From NCBI GenBank assembly GCA_000092065.1, contig CP000588.1: a stretch of DNA of 64,000 bases; one strand, 5' to 3'. A program made the position numbers and the translations under genes. The notes below the pieces were generated by a model, which saw nothing but the letters and a program-made list of their open reading frames with translations, did not search any database and was not told the DNA's origin. Numbering within the stretch: the stretch's first letter is position 1; each line of letters opens with the position of its first letter. The stretch comes from Ostreococcus lucimarinus. Its lineage: Eukaryota. Below, piece after piece: positions 58,645 through 64,000 of this stretch.

Positions 58645-61497
58645 TTATAAAAAGCCTAACACGATGCGGTCGACAGGATCCATGGCGCGGAGACGACGTT
58701 TCGGAGGTACGCCGCCTTTTTCCATGGCGACGTCTCGAAGGCGAGCGGCGGCGCGGAGCGCGAATTTGCCGGCGGATTTGCGGACGAAGGCGGCGGGCCA
58801 ACCCATGGGAGTGTCAACAGTGATCCACGACCCTCGGCCACCTTCGTCAGAGCCGATGAGGTCGGGCTGCACGGGCGCTCTTTGCGTCGTCCAGGCGTCG
58901 ACCCACACGTCGCCGGGCGGAAGATAAACGTGCACGTGCGTGGCGCCTTTGTCCAACACGGGGGCGACGAGAATGTCTCGTCCGAGGAGGAATTGCGTGG
59001 CGATATTGGCGGCGTTGGTGTCGTATGGGTAGTGAATGATCATCGAACGAGTCATGGGGAGCCCCACGGCTTGGGCCTCTCGCATGAGCTCGACTTTGTA
59101 CGGCTTGAGCGCGACGTGAATATCCACGCAAAACTTCAAATGTTCCACCAACTCTGGCGTGTTCCATGGCTGTGCGTTGTGATGCGGGCGATTACCTTGG
59201 TGTGTGCGAAAAATCGCGTCGGCGAATGCGTTCAGCTCCATCCATCGCATCAGGAGTTCTTCCGAACGATGCTTGAGCGGGTGGGCGGTGTACCCTCCGA
59301 CGTCGCTGTGCGTCAACGTAAGACCGGACAATCCGCCTGATAATCCGCCGAGCACGGCTGTTTTGATGCCGTCGTACGCGTCCCATGAGACCATTTGATC
59401 GCCAAGCCAGAAAAGCGCGGAATGTTTCGGGGACTTCGTACTCGCACTGCGGCTCCAGAAGAAACCTGTGCCCTCGAGACCGGCTCGCCGCATCGCTCGT
59501 CGATTCACCTCTGCCCAATCCTCAGGATAACGATTATGCACTTCGATGGGCAACTCCCCTGAGTGCAAAACCGCGTCGAAAGGGAGATATTCACCAAAGT
59601 CCGCCATCCAGCCCATCGCGCCCGTCGTTTCCAGCATGTCGACAATGATATCCTCTATCCACGCCACGCACTCGGGATTGGACAAGTCGAGTAAACCGAA
59701 TGTCACGCCCGGTTCCGAGCCGAGTCTATATACTTCACCCTTGACATCGCGTACCATGTAGTTTTTCTCCTTCGCCTCTCTATAAAGTAATCCTTTGTCG
59801 GAATTCGCATCCATCAAGAAGGTATTGACGTATGTCAGAAGGTGCGTGCCGTTTGGTTTGATTTCCTCTCGCAGCGCGTCCCAATCCGTGTAGTGCGTCT
59901 CGTCGAGACGCCAATTCCACCACACGCGTTCAATCCCGATAGACGTGTTGCGCACGCCACCCCAGTCTTGGAGCCACAATCCAGCCACTTTCACACCGCC
60001 TTCGCCCAATGTTTTGTACACTTGACGTACTTTCTGTGGACCACCCGTCATGCCGAGAATGACGCCGTTCATCGCCCATTCCGGAAGCGACGTCATGCGT
60101 CCGGCATAATCAGTGTACGCCCGTAAAACGTCAGGAATGCTAGACCCACCGATTATTTGTCCGGTGATCAATCCACTCGGAGCCGCGGCGCGAATAACGA
60201 CACTTTCTTCCTCGGTGAAATCAAACTCGCTGTAGGTGTAATTCGTCAGAAACACCGATCGCGCCTTGTGCGTGATGTAATGCGGAATCGCCGTGTATGT
60301 CGTGTGCCAGGACCCAGCCGACCCTGGAAAGACGGAATTAAACATGAATGATAAAGGTTGCACTCCGCGACCCATGCCTTGTTCGCCCGTAATCACGGGC
60401 ACTCGACGCCCGCGATGATTGTACGAAGAAAATTGCTCGCCCAGCCCGTACACGCGCTCGTCTGGGTCCATGGCGTAGACGAAATCAAGCTGATTCAACC
60501 CGACCGTTCTTCGACGGCGACCGGCGCGAACGACGCCGGGAACTTCGTCGTCCCAATCGATCGCGAACGCCAATCGATCCTCCCCATCGCACTCTAACGT
60601 AAACTCGTACGAAGCTACGAGTTTACTCTGCGCGACGTACGCCTGCCTCTTCACCGTGCGCTCGCGTAAATGTGCGCTCAAATCCCCCAATTTCGTCAAC
60701 CATCGATCGAGTCTCGCGTCTTCTTTCACGAGTTTTCCTCGCATCACCAGCTTATTCGCCTGTGCGTCGTGCTCAATCTCATCTATCGTCTGTATGCTCG
60801 TCTTCAGAATAGCCTTCATGGTAATCTTAAAGTGCCCCGAGATTAACTGATGCACGCGGATCGGTCCATTCGCCACGCGCACGAAAGGTTTCCCCGGCAC
60901 TGTGCTCCACGCATCCCACGTCTTCTGTCCTTCGCACCCTTCACCTCGTCCTATTCGCATCATGCACCACACCGAATTCCGTTCTCGTCTCTCCGCGCCC
61001 CCCGCGTACGACGCTCGCAACGCGCGCGCCTCTCGATCCCACGACACCTTAAACCGCGTCCCCATCTCCCACGTCTCGCTCGCGACATCACTCACGATCG
61101 TCCCTTCCGTTCGCACCATGTGATACGCCCTACCGAACGCTGGAACGAGCACCGCGTACGCGAGCAGCACGAACGCGCTGCTAAAAATTGGCAACTTTGG
61201 CGCGTACACCGCGACGAATCGCGGCAACGCGCGCTGCACGCGCTTCACGGCGCGTTTCAGCGGCGAGGGCGGAGGCGACCGCGATTTCAGCCCCCCGCGC
61301 GCGCGCGTTTCCGACGTCGGCGGCCTTCGCGCGGTCGTTTTCGGTGCCGGAGACACCAAATTACCGGTTAGTTGCGAACGGTCATCCTCCGAGCGTTCGC
61401 GCGCGTCACCGCGCGCGCGAGGCTCGGACGGCGACGGGCCCGGCGTCGCGACGCGCGTTCTCGCGCGTTCTCGCGCGCGACCGCGACTCGGCGGCAT
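58645..61497 (-). CDS. Glycoside hydrolase family 31 (alpha-glucosidase/alpha-xylosidase-like) with an N-terminal membrane anchor.
   Basis: It has the GH31 N-terminal beta-sandwich, the catalytic barrel with nucleophile and acid/base regions (GLWLQDWGG, WLGDQMVSWD, HSDVGGY) and an upstream TM helix. It starts at an internal ATG at 61497, which leaves a 200-bp promoter region containing a (GGGC)n tract. Confidence 0.8.
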   Translation of the reverse strand: MPPSRGRARERARTRVATPGPSPSEPRARGDARERSEDDRSQLTGNLVSPAPKTTARRPPTSETRARGGLKSRSPPPSPLKRAVKRVQRALPRFVAVYAPKLPIFSSAFVLLAYAVLVPAFGRAYHMVRTEGTIVSDVASETWEMGTRFKVSWDREARALRASYAGGAERRERNSVWCMMRIGRGEGCEGQKTWDAWSTVPGKPFVRVANGPIRVHQLISGHFKITMKAILKTSIQTIDEIEHDAQANKLVMRGKLVKEDARLDRWLTKLGDLSAHLRERTVKRQAYVAQSKLVASYEFTLECDGEDRLAFAIDWDDEVPGVVRAGRRRRTVGLNQLDFVYAMDPDERVYGLGEQFSSYNHRGRRVPVITGEQGMGRGVQPLSFMFNSVFPGSAGSWHTTYTAIPHYITHKARSVFLTNYTYSEFDFTEEESVVIRAAAPSGLITGQIIGGSSIPDVLRAYTDYAGRMTSLPEWAMNGVILGMTGGPQKVRQVYKTLGEGGVKVAGLWLQDWGGVRNTSIGIERVWWNWRLDETHYTDWDALREEIKPNGTHLLTYVNTFLMDANSDKGLLYREAKEKNYMVRDVKGEVYRLGSEPGVTFGLLDLSNPECVAWIEDIIVDMLETTGAMGWMADFGEYLPFDAVLHSGELPIEVHNRYPEDWAEVNRRAMRRAGLEGTGFFWSRSASTKSPKHSALFWLGDQMVSWDAYDGIKTAVLGGLSGGLSGLTLTHSDVGGYTAHPLKHRSEELLMRWMELNAFADAIFRTHQGNRPHHNAQPWNTPELVEHLKFCVDIHVALKPYKVELMREAQAVGLPMTRSMIIHYPYDTNAANIATQFLLGRDILVAPVLDKGATHVHVYLPPGDVWVDAWTTQRAPVQPDLIGSDEGGRGSWITVDTPMGWPAAFVRKSAGKFALRAAARLRDVAMEKGGVPPKRRLRAMDPVDRIVLGFL

Positions 61498-61698
61498 CGC
61501 GCGCGTTCGCGCGCGCGTGTGACGCGCGAGGGGTCGGTCGGGCGGGCGGGCGGGCGGGCGGCGACGGCGCGAGGCGCGGCGAACGCGAAGAACGCGCGAC
61601 GATGCGCGCGTGACGACGCGACGACGCGCGCGCGCGGCGAGCGCGAAGAATAGTCGTATGCTTCTACGCGCGAGTGAATGAATCACACGGATGTGGAC

Positions 61699-62757
61699 CT
61701 ACGACGCGACGCGTCTGGAGGCGCGGATGTTGCGCAAACGAGCCGAGCCGAATAAGGCGTCGACGCGAACGACGTCGAACGCGCCTTTGGACTTTAACAC
61801 TTCGACCGCGCGATCGAAATTTGAGTCGTGACACTCGAGATGCACGCGTTGGATTTTGCCCCAGTCGGTCTCGTCGACGCCGTTCAAGACGTCGAGCTCG
61901 GCGCGCTCGACGTCGATCTTTAACAAATCGACCGAATCGAGCCCGTGCGCTTCGATGAGATCAGAGACCGTGACGACGGGTCGTTTCACCACGCGCGCGC
62001 CTGACAGCATGTACGCCGCGACGCACCGCACGGCGACGCGCAAAACGAAGCTCGCGATGACGCTCGCGAGACGTCGAAGCGGCGTCGCGTCGTCGTCGTC
62101 GTCCGCGACGCGCGCTCTCAACCAACGTCCCGCGCCGACGACGACGTTACTCTCCAACCCATCGTCCCCACCACCGTCGCCCCTCAGCGCGTCCAAGACG
62201 TACGCGATCAAATTCTCCGTCGTCTCCGCGTCGTCTCTCGCGTTCTCGCGCGTCGCCCATCCCGCCGCGCGCGGAAACTCGACGAAATCCGCCGCGTCCC
62301 GCCTCTCCCCCCCCACGCCGACGTCGTGCGCGTACACCGTCGCCATCCCGCGCCCATCGCGCGCCGCGCCTTTTATCTCCACCCCTCGCACGCCGCACGT
62401 CGTCGCCGCGTCCCTCGTCGTCGTCTCGCCTCCCCTGTTTTCCCGCGCGCCGACGTTTTCCACCAACGCCGCGAACGTCCTCGGGATCGGTTCGCACGCG
62501 ATCACCGCGTCGCTCCTCGCCGCGAACCACAGCGCGCTCAATCCAACGTTCGCGCCGACGTCGATCACGACGCCCGTCCTTTTCGCCCCGTCCGCGATCG
62601 CGTCGAACCCGTAACACTCGCGCTCGAAGATTTCATCGTGCATGAATTTCACATCCGCGCGACTGACGTACCTGAGACGCACGCCGCGCCCCACGGCGAC
62701 GCGATTCCGCGCGTCGTGCGTCCACGCGCTCGCGGGCGTCGCGCGCGCGCGCGCCAT
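61699..62757 (-). CDS. FkbM-family methyltransferase (Methyltransf_21) with a low-complexity insertion.
   Basis: It has VIDVGANVGLSALWFA and, at the C-terminus, LLKIDVERAELDVLNG. Confidence 0.75.
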   Translation of the reverse strand: MARARATPASAWTHDARNRVAVGRGVRLRYVSRADVKFMHDEIFERECYGFDAIADGAKRTGVVIDVGANVGLSALWFAARSDAVIACEPIPRTFAALVENVGARENRGGETTTRDAATTCGVRGVEIKGAARDGRGMATVYAHDVGVGGERRDAADFVEFPRAAGWATRENARDDAETTENLIAYVLDALRGDGGGDDGLESNVVVGAGRWLRARVADDDDDATPLRRLASVIASFVLRVAVRCVAAYMLSGARVVKRPVVTVSDLIEAHGLDSVDLLKIDVERAELDVLNGVDETDWGKIQRVHLECHDSNFDRAVEVLKSKGAFDVVRVDALFGSARLRNIRASRRVAS

Positions 62758-62825
62758 CGCGCGAGACGTCGACGTGTCGATCGGTCAACGATTCGATGCG
62801 CGCGCACAGCGCGACGCGACGTCGA

Positions 62826-64000
62826 ATGCCGACGGCGACGCGCGCGCGCGAGCGCGACATCGTCGGCTGGGCGCGCGTCGCGCCGCGCGGCGCGCGATCG
62901 GCGCTCGCGCGCGCGGGAGGCGTCGCGTGGCACGACGCGCGCGAGAACGTCGTCGCGTGCGCGGGAGGGCGCGGCGCGCGCGACGCGGCGTCGGTGACGA
63001 TCGGTGCGACGACGCGCGACGACCCGCGAACGAACGCGCGAACGAACGAACGAACGCACGAACGAACGCGGATCGGGACTGACGCCGAGCGCGCGACGCG
63101 ACGGACCGATAGGGACGTGGGACGCGAGGACGCTGACGACGAGCGGCGACGCGCCGACGGCGAGCGAAGGCGCGGCGTACGCGCACGACGATGGAACGAC
63201 GGAACGAACGCTCGGGAGGAAAAGGGCGATGACGTACGCGTTCGGTGGCGCGGATGACGGCGGGAGGATGCACGGGGAGACGCGGGCGATGGATCGAGAG
63301 ACGAGGAAATGGACGCGGTTGGCGACGAAGGGACGAGGACCGACGAAACGCGCGGGCGCGGCGGCGACGGTGACGGCGAGAGGGCGGTTGTTCGTGCACG
63401 GGGGGGTGGGAGAGGATGGGAAGTATCTCGCCGACGCGTACGAGTTGAATTTAGATTCGTTGATTTGGAGAGAGGTGAAGATGAACGGGTCGGCGCCGAC
63501 GGCGCGAGCGTTTCACACCGTGAGCGCGCTGAGTACGATGTTGGTGTGTTTCGGTGGCGATAATGGGACGGAGTTTTTGAGGGAGACGTACTACATGCCC
63601 TACGACGACGAGGTTTGGCGCGAACCCGACGCGGCGGCGTACGTCGGCGAAGACAGCGAAAACGTGTGTTGGCCGTGCGAGCGCGCGTGTCACACGGCGA
63701 CGCCGCTGAGCGACGGCGATACGATGATCGTGTTCGGTGGGTTAAGCAAGAATAGCGTGTCGTTGAGCGACACCTGGGCGTGGTCCGCCACGGAGCTGTG
63801 CTGGAGCCCGGTGGAGCCGCCATCGCAAGAGCCGGACGCGCGCTTCATGCACACCGCCACCGTCGTCGGCGACGGTTTAGTCGTCCTCGGAGGGATGACG
63901 CTGAACTTGAAAGGAGTGGACAGCGGCAAGTCGCACCGCGTGTTCGATCACATGTACATTTTAACGGGTTTGCAGCTCCTGACGCACCCGGCGAGAAAAG
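62826..64000 (+). CDS. Kelch-repeat beta-propeller protein, 3'-partial at the window edge. It has two exons, 62826..63003 and 63113..>64000, and the 109-nt intron holds a (CGAA)n microsatellite.
   Basis: Kelch repeats with about 50-aa periodicity (…GG…W…) run open to the window end. Splicing at GTGCGA/TAG joins two frames, removes two in-frame stops and restores the kelch spacing (...CAGGRGARDAASVTIG|TWDARTL...). The start is 68 bp from the divergent FkbM gene. Confidence 0.55.

Overview
This 64-kb window looks like a eukaryotic nuclear chromosome segment, not a prokaryotic locus. It is GC-rich (about 65-70%) and extremely gene-dense: about 45 protein-coding genes on both strands, with intergenic spacers mostly 40-350 bp. 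Only a few genes carry short introns. These show GTGCG donors, CTGAC branch points and CAG acceptors. They are seen in alpha-tubulin, a hidden small TIM gene, the 5' end of DnaJ and a Kelch gene. Five plus-strand genes have TGTAA shortly after the stop, the chlorophyte poly(A) signal. The gene content also fits a green alga: an LCIB-like protein, an HPP nitrite-transporter-like protein, DUF1997, plant-type PDIL5-4, and many transit-peptide proteins of bacterial type. Together this points to a picoplanktonic green alga of the Mamiellophyceae (Micromonas/Ostreococcus-like), but I cannot name the species. Genes recognised by family motif include DnaJ/Ydj1, a PCIF1/CAPAM-like cap methyltransferase, organellar MetAP1, Ku70, AspRS, ValRS, DusA, RsmH, an OSBP-related protein, nicastrin, GST, a DEAD-box helicase, POLE2, ADAT1, alpha-tubulin, WDR76, CFIm25, a membrane-anchored GH31 glycosidase, an FkbM methyltransferase, and a roughly 1,370-aa protein built from tandem Cys-rich repeats. 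The most interesting observation is a small membrane-protein gene at 13655..14107. Its TGA stop is followed in frame by 54 more sense codons. A textbook-shaped SECIS-like stem-loop lies in the 3' UTR just before a TGTAA signal. This makes it a candidate selenoprotein, possibly related to the algal membrane selenoprotein MSP; Mamiellophyceae are known to be selenoprotein-rich. The supplied ORF track also over-calls long GC-driven antisense and low-complexity ORFs, and misses intron-split genes. Coordinates follow the ORF track. Boundaries I inferred by eye may be off by 1-2 nt.
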